Positions 40,859-50,887 are shown, counted from the stretch's first letter. The stretch: 64,000 bases of DNA from a virus (IMGVR_UViG_3300012573_000004); one strand, 5' to 3'. The notes: generated from the sequence alone by a model not told the origin. Translations and numbers: made by a program.

Positions 40859-42451
40859 TCAAAGGCTACATCTACGTAAATTGCATCCTTTAACTTTTAG
40901 TCTTCTTTTGGGCTGCTGAATATCAGTCATGCGCTCATCTGCTACCTCTTTATGCAGGCTACACCCCTTTTCTGGAACGGTAAGTCCACGGGAGCCGCCG
41001 AACTTTTTCACCTCCAATCTGATAAACGGGACTCGCTTTACGCGGGTCTTCTTTCTCTTCTTAGTAGGTTTATGTTTTGTCCTATCCCTGCGAGGAACCT
41101 TCGCTCTAGTGATTTTAGGTGAACGCTGTTCTTTCTTTTTGAACTTTGACTTAGACTTCCTTCTTGTTTGTACAGCTTTCTCAAAACTTCCAGGTTTAAT
41201 GAAGTTTTGGGCAATCACCGACAAAGCACAGACATCTCTGTCCTGGATTACGTGATACAGTTCACACCTCTTATTAAAACACCTACTTGTCCCCCAGGTG
41301 GGGTGAGTGACTTTGCCACCACACTTCCAACATTTTTGACTGGTATCCTTGGCGCTAGCACGCATAACTCGTGAACCGTTGAGTTCAGCATAATCTTCAA
41401 GCCACTTAACAAACTCTCCACGATTCCATCTACCATTTTCCATGGTATTGTTAATCCAGGACAGGTCCTCAACGACAATAGCGGCATTACCCCACTTGAA
41501 GGCAAAATCTGCTACTTCCTGAGCTGCTTGGATAGCTAATTCATGCTTCCTCTTAACATTGGATGTTCGGTGTGACTTTGCCTCTTCTTTGCGGTGTGTT
41601 TTCTGTAGAGTGGAGACTTGTTTGTGTGCCTTTTTTGCTTTATTTTCTAAGGTTTTAAGAAGTTGTGATACTTCCATGACCTCTACTATTTCGCCATCAC
41701 TAGCGCGCACAACTCCAGCGGTAATGTAGTCCGAAATCCCTATGTCAACAACCACGAAATAATCGGGGTTGAATTCAGGTTGATTTTTGACATATCCAAC
41801 CGCAAAATGAAACTTGACTTCACCGTTTTTGTTGATAATCACATCCGGCAAGCACAACTTTGAGGATCCCTTGAAACGCTCCTGAGGATAAGCAAATCTC
41901 AAGGTGTACCATTTTCCACCGGCTACCATCTTTAAGTCAATGAATCCATCTTCAACGTAATTATTCAGAATTTTCACATACTGAGAATCTGTTGCTGACA
42001 GTGACATCTTTGGTTTTAGAGAATGCGGTTTAGAAGCGTTAGCTGTCCTAAACCAGCCTTGAGAGATGTACTTGTTGGATTCTCCCTCAACCGCCTTACG
42101 ACGCTCTGACCAGGAGGAAAGCTCACGCACAACTCTATCTCTGACCATGTGTTCAAGTCTTGAGCGGCCTGTCTGTGGACTGCGAACCAACTCATCAGGT
42201 ATGTTGATTTTCATCAACTTGCCAACAGCACCAGGGATTGAGGTGTTGCATTTCTCAGAGTTTACAAAAGATTCATACTCTTTGAGTAACTCAGGGGTGA
42301 TAAGAAGCTGTGAAACAGCTGAAACATAGATGATGTCTTGCTTGATGCTATTGATGATTTCCTTGGTTTCTTCTTCGGAGTAAACCTCAAAATCATCATT
42401 GAAAACTGCTAAAATCTCAGGAGAATATGACTTGTACAACATCTTTGGCAT
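40859..42451 (-). CDS. Cas12n (V-U4)-like / actinobacterial TnpB RNA-guided nuclease
   Basis: RuvC VVDIG, VVEDLS, QDRD; Zn finger CWKC/C...C; GRSRLE, SQGWFRTA, NGRWNRG motifs; AGGAGGAGG SD before ATG 42451. Confidence 0.75.
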   Translation of the reverse strand: MPKMLYKSYSPEILAVFNDDFEVYSEEETKEIINSIKQDIIYVSAVSQLLITPELLKEYESFVNSEKCNTSIPGAVGKLMKINIPDELVRSPQTGRSRLEHMVRDRVVRELSSWSERRKAVEGESNKYISQGWFRTANASKPHSLKPKMSLSATDSQYVKILNNYVEDGFIDLKMVAGGKWYTLRFAYPQERFKGSSKLCLPDVIINKNGEVKFHFAVGYVKNQPEFNPDYFVVVDIGISDYITAGVVRASDGEIVEVMEVSQLLKTLENKAKKAHKQVSTLQKTHRKEEAKSHRTSNVKRKHELAIQAAQEVADFAFKWGNAAIVVEDLSWINNTMENGRWNRGEFVKWLEDYAELNGSRVMRASAKDTSQKCWKCGGKVTHPTWGTSRCFNKRCELYHVIQDRDVCALSVIAQNFIKPGSFEKAVQTRRKSKSKFKKKEQRSPKITRAKVPRRDRTKHKPTKKRKKTRVKRVPFIRLEVKKFGGSRGLTVPEKGCSLHKEVADERMTDIQQPKRRLKVKGCNLRRCSL

Positions 42452-42497
42452 AGCCCTCCTCCTTGATTTTGTAGTGATTATTGCAGCTTGTGGTACT

Positions 42498-42526
42498 ATT
42501 TTACCATAGTTCAAGAAATTTGGCAA
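42498..42526 (-). promoter_or_regulatory. Sigma-A-like promoter of the Cas12n-like gene
   Basis: TTGCCA-17 nt-TAAAAT with TGG extension. Confidence 0.6.
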
Positions 42527-42993
42527 CTGCTGTTTACCCTGTTTTCTTCATCAGCATGAGGAGTCATTGGAGTTTTCTCTATAGCAACAGGTAAAGCAGC
42601 AATATCATATCCATGAACATCAAAAGCTTCCATAATCACATCAGTGATATTCTTTTGTGCATGAGATACCAGAGACAAGCGCACATTATCTAGTGGATTA
42701 ATACTGTCATCAATAGTTTTAAAATAGATCTTAGGGTTATCTGCTTTGAGACTGATAATCCTCTTCCCTAGATTGTCTAGAAAAGAATATGCAGATTCAC
42801 CCAAAGATTGAACAAAATCATTGCTATCATTTCCTGAAAAATCACTTTCAGCAGAATCAATGAAGCTCAAAAGATGACCTTGCAAGTTGTGCAGATCCTC
42901 TTCTTCCAAAATCACATCTAGATTCTTAGGAAGAGAATAGGTGATAGCGTGCGAGCAAATAACAGCGAATTTATGGATATTAATAGCTTCCAT
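42511..42993 (-). CDS. Hypothetical protein, paralog A
   Basis: LPKNLDVILEEEDL matches paralog B; AAGGAGA SD. Confidence 0.8.
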   Translation of the reverse strand: MEAINIHKFAVICSHAITYSLPKNLDVILEEEDLHNLQGHLLSFIDSAESDFSGNDSNDFVQSLGESAYSFLDNLGKRIISLKADNPKIYFKTIDDSINPLDNVRLSLVSHAQKNITDVIMEAFDVHGYDIAALPVAIEKTPMTPHADEENRVNSSCQIS

Positions 42994-43264
42994 GATAGAT
43001 AGTTCTCCTTGATATATTATTTATTATGCTTGCTTAAGATGATAGTTGATATTTCCAAAAAGAGCAAGTGATATATTACAATTAGGTAAAAATAATAGGA
43101 TAAACAACAATGTTATTTCCAGAGTTCTTAAAATCTTCTGCAACTATCCTATGAACATTATTTTCAGTATGGAAAATCAAAGACAAACGTTCATTCTCCA
43201 ATGGGGTGATACTTTACGAGCATGCAATGATGATATATTTTACCTCTACAAAACACAAATACCA

Positions 43265-43681
43265 CTAGAAGCAAATAGGATAGCTGTCAATATTATTTCC
43301 CCTATCCTTAAAATAATCCACAACCATATAATAGATATTATCTTGAGTATGCTGCATTAGAGACAAAAACACATTTTCCAATGGATTAAAACTTCCATCT
43401 ACAGTCTCAAAAGAAATCTTCTTGTTGTTCATATTAAGAGGGATAAGATCATAGTCTAGATCCTCAAGAAAAGACACAACAGCCGAGTCAAGACGATCAA
43501 GAAAAATATCACTATCGGTTACAGTAGAATCATTTTCTATGTATCTAGCTACATTCAACAGTCTCTTCTGTAGAGTAATCAAATCTTCCTCTTCTAGAAT
43601 AATATCTAGATTTTCAGGAAGCACTTCAGTGAAAATATCAAAGCAGACAGAGATAAACTCCTTGGTACTCATATCATTCAT
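43265..43681 (-). CDS. Hypothetical protein, paralog B
   Basis: LPENLDIILEEEDL; start re-called at MNDMSTK after AAAGGA. Confidence 0.8.
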   Translation of the reverse strand: MNDMSTKEFISVCFDIFTEVLPENLDIILEEEDLITLQKRLLNVARYIENDSTVTDSDIFLDRLDSAVVSFLEDLDYDLIPLNMNNKKISFETVDGSFNPLENVFLSLMQHTQDNIYYMVVDYFKDRGNNIDSYPICF

Positions 43682-43873
43682 GATTGTTTTCCTTTGTGTA
43701 TTGTTTTTATTGGATATATTGCCAATGGTAGTGAAAAAGATCATGTCAATCAAGTAGTTTCTGCATTTTTTCTTGTCTCTAAAACTTGTGTCCCTTTGTT
43801 GCACATATAAAAAATCCCTCCCCTTATCAAGAACAACTATCTTAAAAAGGGAAAGGATTTCTCTTGTTAAAAA

Positions 43874-46096
43874 CTACTCGCTCTTCCAAGAAGAAGGCTT
43901 TCCTCTTTGAGTTACCTTAGGGCGTGGAGTAGGCTGAGCTTTTTTAGAATCTACTAGGAAAGATTTCCCTGCAGAAAACTCTACTACCTGCTTTTCACCC
44001 TTGCGCAAAGGATGAACCATCACGCCAAATCCACCTTTGCCTTTTACTGGAATATCAGAGACTTCTACAACTTTCCATCCATCATCACTGATGGTAAGGA
44101 GACTATCTTCATCACTAGCAGGAGTAGCACCAATGAAGAAATCATCATCTTTAAACTTCATTCCAGTCACACCTTGTCCAGCAATACCTTGACCATTAAT
44201 CTTTGATGGGTCAAGTTTCAAGACTTTACCAGAAGAAGAAAGCATAAGAAGATAACTTCCTTTACCAACTACACCAGCATAAGTGATTTCATCCACATTG
44301 GGTGCAAAAGGAACAGGATCTGAACTCTTCTTAGGAAGACCTTTACCATTAAATAGTTTCAAAGATCCATCCTTGAAAACTGCAAAAGCAGTACCTTGAG
44401 AAATATCAGCACCTGTATTAGACAAGAATCCAGAAGAATCAATACCCCAGTGTCCATCAGGCAAAGAAGAAGCAGAAGATGAAGAAGTTCTCTTCTTCTT
44501 TTCAATCTTCTTTCCACTAATAGTGGTAAAACGAGTAGAAGTCCACTCATCTTTAGAGAAGATATCAATCATATCTTGGGTTTGCTTAATAATGATGTTC
44601 TTCTGCTTGACTTTGGAACCCAGAATAGCTTTGTTATCTTTAATGGTTTTAGCTAGCTTCTTAATCTTCTTTTCTAGTTCAACCTCATCTTGTTTAGTCA
44701 AACGCCGCAAAGTCAAAGAAAGCACATAGTCAGCTTGTACTTCATCAATGTCAAAGTTATCCATCAAAGACTTCTTAGCCTTAGCAGAGTTATCAGAGTT
44801 TCTAATAATAGAAACAGCCTTGTCAATATCCAGCAAGATCTTAGACATACCCTCTAGAAGATGCTTAGACTTTTCATCCTTGTCAATAGCCTGTGCTGTA
44901 ATATTCTTTAGCACCTCATAACGAGAATAAATAAAATCATTGATGACATCTTTCATGCTCATCATGGATAGAACCTTGTCATGATTGAGCACATTCATCT
45001 TAATAGGGAAAGAAATCTCCAACCCTACACCCAATCCGTAAAGATCTTCTAGAGTATCCTGAGGAGAAAAACCTCTTTTTACACCAATCTCAATCTTTGT
45101 ACCTAGCTTTTTGGAAGATAGTTCTTTGACACCTTTACATGATGAAATCTTTCCATCAGTAATAGCCTTGTGAATCTTATCAATGACAGAAGTAGCTGAT
45201 ACACCATAAGGCATTTCTGTGATGATAATATCACCATTTTCAAACTCAGCCTTAGCCCTTAGCTTGATATTAGCTTCACCAGTCTCATAATACTTCTTAA
45301 TAAGATCATTTCCATGAGAATCTTTAGAGAGAACAATACCCCCTGTCTTCCAATCAGGACCAGGCATAATCTCCATCATCTCTTCAGTGGAAAGAGAAGG
45401 ATCTTTAATCATAGCTTCTACCAGCTGCATGACCTCTACAGGGTTATGCTGTGGAATCTTATAAGTATATCCTACAGAAATTCCATCACCACCATTGACA
45501 ATAAGGTTAGGGAATCTGGTAGGAAGGAACTTAGGCTCTACAGTATCATGATCCTCACTAGTAATCATGGGAACTGCACCATGGACTAGATCTTCTACCA
45601 TTGACCAGCCATATACTGACAGACGTTCATAGGTATAACGCATAGCAGCAGCATCATCACCATAGGTGAGACCAAAGTTACCAGAACCCTCGATAAGCCT
45701 TACCCTAGACCACAAGCGAGCCATATTAACAGAAGCCTGATAAATAGCAGCATCACCGTGTGGGTGAAGCTCAGCCATGGTATCAGCAGTAAGCTTAGAA
45801 GACTTAACAAAAGACCTATCAGGGCGTAAGTTATCTAGAAAACCCTGATACAAAAGCCTACGCTGAACAGGCAAAAGACCATCTAGACAAGAAGCAAAAG
45901 ATCTATTGGAGACAACTTCACCAGAATACTCTAGGAAGTTTTGCATCATTTGATCTTTAGCAGAAATAACCTTAACTGCTTCATCAATAAAGTTTCCTTT
46001 GGTTGCTTTTTTACCCTGTGCAGAAATGCGTGATTTAACCAAGTTGGAAACAAGATCTACAGATTGCTGATTCCATTCAGTAAGATTATTTGTCAT
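43874..46096 (-). CDS. Type IIA topoisomerase subunit A (GyrA/ParC-like, short CTD)
   Basis: DGLLPVQRR, HPHGD, GNFG, catalytic AAMRYT, IPQHN; AAGGAG SD before ATG 46096. Confidence 0.92.
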   Translation of the reverse strand: MTNNLTEWNQQSVDLVSNLVKSRISAQGKKATKGNFIDEAVKVISAKDQMMQNFLEYSGEVVSNRSFASCLDGLLPVQRRLLYQGFLDNLRPDRSFVKSSKLTADTMAELHPHGDAAIYQASVNMARLWSRVRLIEGSGNFGLTYGDDAAAMRYTYERLSVYGWSMVEDLVHGAVPMITSEDHDTVEPKFLPTRFPNLIVNGGDGISVGYTYKIPQHNPVEVMQLVEAMIKDPSLSTEEMMEIMPGPDWKTGGIVLSKDSHGNDLIKKYYETGEANIKLRAKAEFENGDIIITEMPYGVSATSVIDKIHKAITDGKISSCKGVKELSSKKLGTKIEIGVKRGFSPQDTLEDLYGLGVGLEISFPIKMNVLNHDKVLSMMSMKDVINDFIYSRYEVLKNITAQAIDKDEKSKHLLEGMSKILLDIDKAVSIIRNSDNSAKAKKSLMDNFDIDEVQADYVLSLTLRRLTKQDEVELEKKIKKLAKTIKDNKAILGSKVKQKNIIIKQTQDMIDIFSKDEWTSTRFTTISGKKIEKKKRTSSSSASSLPDGHWGIDSSGFLSNTGADISQGTAFAVFKDGSLKLFNGKGLPKKSSDPVPFAPNVDEITYAGVVGKGSYLLMLSSSGKVLKLDPSKINGQGIAGQGVTGMKFKDDDFFIGATPASDEDSLLTISDDGWKVVEVSDIPVKGKGGFGVMVHPLRKGEKQVVEFSAGKSFLVDSKKAQPTPRPKVTQRGKPSSWKSE

Positions 46097-48176
46097 AGTT
46101 ATTCTCCTTTGAAATTCCATGGTGTTCCATCAAAGTTTTGCGTGGGGAAGAATCATCATCCATCAAAGCTTCCATAACTTCTCTAATGATTTCAACCTGC
46201 TTTTTAATATTGATCTCTTCTTCCTCTTTGGCTTGAGCATGTTCTACAGCTTCTTTAGCATCCTCAATAGATACTTGATGAATAACCCTTGTATGAGGAT
46301 TCATCACAGTGTTTTCAAAGTCATCAGAGTTCATCTGTCCTAGACCTTTAAAACGCTCTACTGCATGCTCAGGAACAGCTTTCTTTCCAAACACTTCCTT
46401 CTTCTTCTCATCTCTTTCCTCAGGGGAGTAAGCATACTCAATCTTGTTCTTTCCCCTAATAGCATAGAGTGGAGATTTTGCTACATAGAGATACCCTTCT
46501 GCAAGAAGATCTGGCATCATCTTGTAAAAAATGGTAATAATCAGGTTTTCAATGTGCTTTCCATCAGCATCAGCATCAGCAGCAATAATGATCTTGTCAT
46601 AGTTAGACTTCTCTGGATCACATTCTGTCCTAATACCTGCACCAATAGAATCAATGATTCCTGACACCTCAGCATTAGCACCAATCTTTTTATCTACAGC
46701 TTTAATGACATTAAGGATCTTTCCCTTAATAGGAAATACTGCTTGAAAATCAGAATCTCTAGCTGACTTAATAGTACCACCTGCAGATTCACCCTCACAG
46801 ATATAAAGTTCAGCACCCATACCTGGTTCTGAATACCTACAATCTGTAAGCTTTGCAGGAACAGTAACCTGCCGTCCAAAACGCTTTTCATCTTGTTTGC
46901 TTCTAGAGCGCTTCTTAGCTGCTTCCATAGACTTCTTTTCACGAGATAGAGCCAAAGCAGCCTTACCCCATGCAACAAGAGCCTTATTATTCTTCCTGGA
47001 AGACACCCAAGACTTCATCTCTTTATCTACAGCTTTCTTTAACTGTCTTCCTAGTGGTTGAGAAGATACAGCAGCTTTCTCCTGACCTTTCATAGCAATG
47101 TCAGCACCACGAACAGAAACTACCATATCCATAGTGGAAATGAAATCTTTATCCTCAAAGTTATCACCCTTCTTCTTACCAATTCCACGCAAGCTGGGAA
47201 CCTTGGAAGATAGAGCTGCAGCAATAGCATTGGCTGCATTATTGACATGTGTTCCACCATCTACGTTATAGATACCATTGACAAATCCATAAGTTTTTCC
47301 TTGTCCTAGTGGATTGATGCGAGCTGCAACTTCCCAAGAAAAAGCACGAGTGACACCTTTTCTGATATTGAACTCACCTTCACCAGAAATGGTAAAAGTT
47401 TCATCCTCTTCTACACCAGTAATATCTTTCAAAAGAGGAACAGTACCATTGTCTTTTTCACCTACAGTAGTAACAGTTTTCCCATCACAGTGAATATTTA
47501 ATGTGGATCCAGGGGTGAGATGACCATGGTAGCGGATAAGATCCAAAACGCTATCTAGATGAAACTCAAATCCTTCCAGAAGTTCTTTATCAAAAGACCA
47601 CCGCACAGAAGTACCATTAGGTTGAGTTGTTTTCTTTCCTTCTTTTTCTAGCTTCCTAGGTGAAGAATCTTCAACAAAATCTGCTAGAGGATCAAAGTCT
47701 TTACCCTTAAACTTTCCAGGTTTTCCTTGCTTGAACTGTTGAGTATAAGACTTCTTATCCCTTCTGGAAGTAACATCAAAACGAGTAGAAACAGCATTAG
47801 CTCCAGCACCACCCTCACCGTTAGTACCAGCATTGGCCACCACAGCATCAGAACCATGGTGGAAGTTTCTACCAGCACCAGAAGTACCTAGGGTAAGGAT
47901 AATACCGTTAGTATCATACTTTTCTGACCAGTCAAAGGGAATGCCACGACCGTTATCTACAATTTCAAAGTCATTATCCCCATGGATATAAACATTGACC
48001 TCATTAGCAAATCCACCTGACACCTCATCAAAAGCGTTATCAGCGATCTCTCTAAATGCTGTATCCATAGGTTCATCACCCAAAGCACGAGAAGGACGCA
48101 ATCTAATATGCTCTAGCCCTTCTGGCTTGTCAATATCATCAGTGGTATAACCTTGTGATTTCTTCTTTGTTGTCAT
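46086..48176 (-). CDS. Type IIA topoisomerase subunit B (GyrB/ParE-like)
   Basis: EIADNAFDE, DNGRGIP, GGTH, EGESA, PIKGKILN, DADADG, RFKGLG; start re-called at MTTKKK. Confidence 0.92.
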   Translation of the reverse strand: MTTKKKSQGYTTDDIDKPEGLEHIRLRPSRALGDEPMDTAFREIADNAFDEVSGGFANEVNVYIHGDNDFEIVDNGRGIPFDWSEKYDTNGIILTLGTSGAGRNFHHGSDAVVANAGTNGEGGAGANAVSTRFDVTSRRDKKSYTQQFKQGKPGKFKGKDFDPLADFVEDSSPRKLEKEGKKTTQPNGTSVRWSFDKELLEGFEFHLDSVLDLIRYHGHLTPGSTLNIHCDGKTVTTVGEKDNGTVPLLKDITGVEEDETFTISGEGEFNIRKGVTRAFSWEVAARINPLGQGKTYGFVNGIYNVDGGTHVNNAANAIAAALSSKVPSLRGIGKKKGDNFEDKDFISTMDMVVSVRGADIAMKGQEKAAVSSQPLGRQLKKAVDKEMKSWVSSRKNNKALVAWGKAALALSREKKSMEAAKKRSRSKQDEKRFGRQVTVPAKLTDCRYSEPGMGAELYICEGESAGGTIKSARDSDFQAVFPIKGKILNVIKAVDKKIGANAEVSGIIDSIGAGIRTECDPEKSNYDKIIIAADADADGKHIENLIITIFYKMMPDLLAEGYLYVAKSPLYAIRGKNKIEYAYSPEERDEKKKEVFGKKAVPEHAVERFKGLGQMNSDDFENTVMNPHTRVIHQVSIEDAKEAVEHAQAKEEEEINIKKQVEIIREVMEALMDDDSSPRKTLMEHHGISKENNYDK

Positions 48177-48241
48177 TGACACCCTCTTCTTATATGAGAA
48201 TAGTACTGTTATATGTATTTCACAATAGAATATCTTTTTAT

Positions 48242-49626
48242 AATAACAAAAGGTGAGAAAAACACGGGCTTGTCCCCATGGAAAAATCACCTTTGTTCTC
48301 CTTTCAACAAAAGTTTCAATTGTATGGTATGATTGAATAGTATCATAAACCACAACCTTAAAACAAAGGAGGTGAAAATGAGCACTATTACAATAACAAG
48401 AAAAGTAAAGCTTGAACCTACTAAGGATCAAGATATTCTTCTTCAAAAGTCTTGTCAAAAGTATGTTGATGCATGCAACTTTATTGCACAATGGATTTTT
48501 GATAATAAAACTCTTACTATGAAAGAGATTAGCAAATCAATCTATCATCAGGTTAGAAGGGATTATAATCTTCCTTCTCAAATGGCACAATCTGCTATGA
48601 GAAATGTTATCTCTTCTTATAGAACCATTCATGATACAAATAAGAAGTGGTCTATTAAGCCAACTTTTCGCCGTTCTAAGATGGATTATGTTTGGAATAG
48701 AGACTACTCTATTAACAAAACAACTAAAGATTTTTCCATCAATACTATAGATGGAAGAATCAAGATTTCTACCTGCTGGACTGGAAATGAAAAGTTTTCT
48801 TCTCAGGAGAAATATGGTACTGCTACAGTGCAATATAAAAGAGGAAAATGGATTCTTCATCTTCCAGTGGATATAGATGTAGAAGATGTATCTTTAGATG
48901 ATGTTTCTAATATAGTTGGAGTGGATATGGGTATCAATTTCCTTGCCACTTCTTATGACTCTAAAGGTAAAACTACTTTCTATAAAGGAAGAGAAATCAA
49001 GGATAGGAGAGCACAGTATAAAAGATTAAGATCTGAACTTCAGTCTAAAAATACACGATCTTCTAAGAAGAGACTAGCTAGTATTGGATCACGAGAAAAC
49101 CGTTGGATCAATGATGTTAATCATTGCATAGCTAAGGCACTCGTGAATGACGCTGGTAAAAACAGTCTTATTGTGCTAGAAGATTTGACTGGAATAAGAT
49201 CTGCTACTGAAAGGTTTTGTAAGAAGGATAGGTATGTTTCTGCTTCCTGGGCATTTTATGACTTAAGACAAAAGATTGAGTATAAAGCAAGATTGAATGA
49301 ATGTTTAACAATAGCTGTTGATCCTGCTTACACTTCTCAAAAGTGTCCTAAGTGTGGTTATACCTCTAAGAAGAATAGAAATAAGAAAAATCATGTCTTT
49401 TGTTGTAAAAAGTGCTCTTATACCAGCAATGATGATCGCATTGCTGCAATGAATCTGCATAGCATGGGAATTCAGTACCGTATGCAGTGCTGTGGGGATA
49501 TATCTTCACAGTAAGGGTGTTATCAACCACCCTGTGATGTTCTCACATTTTAAGGTAGGAGAGTTTAAAACTCGTCTCACTACTGGTGAAGGACAAACCA
49601 TAGGTCTTATCCCTGTGGTAGTTGAT
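48242..49626 (+). mobile_element. IS200/IS605-family (tnpB-only) element
   Basis: Left hairpin ACACGGGCTTGTCCCCATGG near 48262; right end AAACCATAGGTCTTATCCCTGTGGTAGTTGAT at 49595-49626. Confidence 0.75.
48378..49514 (+). CDS. tnpB: RNA-guided endonuclease TnpB
   Basis: VGVDMG, IVLEDL, YTSQKCPKC, CKKC...NDDRIAAMNL; AAGGAGGTG SD. Confidence 0.93.
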   Translation: MSTITITRKVKLEPTKDQDILLQKSCQKYVDACNFIAQWIFDNKTLTMKEISKSIYHQVRRDYNLPSQMAQSAMRNVISSYRTIHDTNKKWSIKPTFRRSKMDYVWNRDYSINKTTKDFSINTIDGRIKISTCWTGNEKFSSQEKYGTATVQYKRGKWILHLPVDIDVEDVSLDDVSNIVGVDMGINFLATSYDSKGKTTFYKGREIKDRRAQYKRLRSELQSKNTRSSKKRLASIGSRENRWINDVNHCIAKALVNDAGKNSLIVLEDLTGIRSATERFCKKDRYVSASWAFYDLRQKIEYKARLNECLTIAVDPAYTSQKCPKCGYTSKKNRNKKNHVFCCKKCSYTSNDDRIAAMNLHSMGIQYRMQCCGDISSQ

Positions 49627-49865
49627 AATCTGCAAAGATAACATTTCTTTTCAAGAATAGCATACCATTGAATAAAAGCAATCATATGCATGATATACAT
49701 ATGGAAAATGCATATCATGCAAAGAGATATAACCCTATTTCTCCCCTTATAGTAAAAAGTTTTTCTCCTGTCAATAGTTTCTATAAAAATATACCTCTAC
49801 CAGGTGTTTTACAATATTTTCTACTGGATAAAAACTAATATTATACGCCAATATTCATTATATAG

Positions 49866-49895
49866 TTGACATTTTATATGCACAACCTGTATAGT
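49866..49895 (+). promoter_or_regulatory. Sigma-A-like promoter
   Basis: TTGACA-18 nt-TATAGT upstream of the 49962 ORF. Confidence 0.65.
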
Positions 49896-49961
49896 TATAA
49901 ATATAAGATATTCACTGTATGAAAAACATACATTTTATTCACCAGAAAGGAGGTCACCGCA

Positions 49962-50243
49962 ATGGCCAGAAGCAATCTATTTGAAGTAGTAATAGGAATG
50001 GCAGCAGTAGACTACATCTTCAACAAAACAGGAAAAGGTACTGGAGGTGGTCCTCTTGCTGGAATGCGTGATCTTATCTCTGATACCACACGCAAAACTC
50101 ATGTATCTAAGCGCACCAAAGCACGCATGCGCATGGATAATGGTATCAAGGTAGGAAACACCACACCTACCATCATTGAATCTGCACAACGCTCCATGAA
50201 TGATGATTTTGATGATATCCCAGGATACAACCCTTACCGATGA
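49962..50243 (+). CDS. Small hypothetical protein
   Basis: AAAGGAGGT SD, promoter upstream, terminator downstream. Confidence 0.8.
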   Translation: MARSNLFEVVIGMAAVDYIFNKTGKGTGGGPLAGMRDLISDTTRKTHVSKRTKARMRMDNGIKVGNTTPTIIESAQRSMNDDFDDIPGYNPYR

Positions 50244-50262
50244 ACAATCTTTTCTCACATAG

Positions 50263-50307
50263 AAAAACACCCCTTATTGTTTCATGCAACAAGAAAGGGG
50301 TGTTTTT
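50263..50307. terminator. Bidirectional terminator
   Basis: AAAAACACCCCTT...AAGGGGTGTTTTT between convergent genes. Confidence 0.7.
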
Positions 50308-50360
50308 GTGCTAAGGAGAAAACTACACCTAAAAAGGTGTAGCTAAACCATATTTATCTC

Positions 50361-50600
50361 TTAGAAGCCCAAGTGAGAAATGACATGGGTAGCATCAGAA
50401 GCAAAGAGACCAAGAGCATTGGTGAGATCAGTGTACCATGCACCAAAGAAGTTAACAGCATCAGTGTGGAAACCGTTAACAGCATTGGTGAGCTGATCCT
50501 GAGCACCCTGAATAGCATAGTCAGCCTGCTCCTGAGCACGCTGAGCCTGAGCAGCAAAACGATCCTGGTAAGTGGTAACAACTTCGTTGAAGTGAGACAT
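50361..50600 (-). CDS. Small amphipathic helical protein (79 aa)
   Basis: Start re-called at MSHFNEVV after GAAAGG; codon usage rich in AAC/TTC/GCT. Confidence 0.7.
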   Translation of the reverse strand: MSHFNEVVTTYQDRFAAQAQRAQEQADYAIQGAQDQLTNAVNGFHTDAVNFFGAWYTDLTNALGLFASDATHVISHLGF

Positions 50601-50725
50601 AACTAAAGCCTTTCTTTTGAAAATAAATGTGTGCAAAATTCCCACCTCTTTGGTGGAATGTCTATAATAATAACATACAAACATAAAATGCACAAAAACG
50701 AAGTTATATCACCACATTAACAGTG

Positions 50726-50887
50726 CTAGAGATACATTTTCTTCAAATTCTGTTTCTCAGATCTCCTCAAAGATCTTTTCGCTTTTACACGCTGTGTCTT
50801 ATCAAAAAGCTCAGTGCAATCCCAGCAATCAGTATCATGGTAACGGGTAGTAGAATTGACATGTTTCTTTTTCAAATAAACTGACAT
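50726..50887 (-). CDS. Small basic CxxC protein (53 aa; below ORF-track cutoff)
   Basis: AAAGGA SD; MSVYLKKKHVNSTTRYHDTDCWDCTELFDKTQRVKAKRSLRR... Confidence 0.55.
   Translation of the reverse strand: MSVYLKKKHVNSTTRYHDTDCWDCTELFDKTQRVKAKRSLRRSEKQNLKKMYL

Larger units (their letters stand above)
40832..42540 (-). mobile_element. Transposase-less TnpB/Cas12n-like element
   Basis: Higher-GC, CpG-richer segment with its own promoter; structured 3' end; ends approximate. Confidence 0.55.

Noticed and set aside
43046..43360. Plus-strand 104-aa ORF
   Set aside because: Overlaps paralog B antisense, weak start, no recognisable motif
48177..48491. ORF-track N-terminal extension of topoisomerase B
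   Set aside because: Overlaps the tnpB element on the opposite strand; SD and homology support a start at 48176
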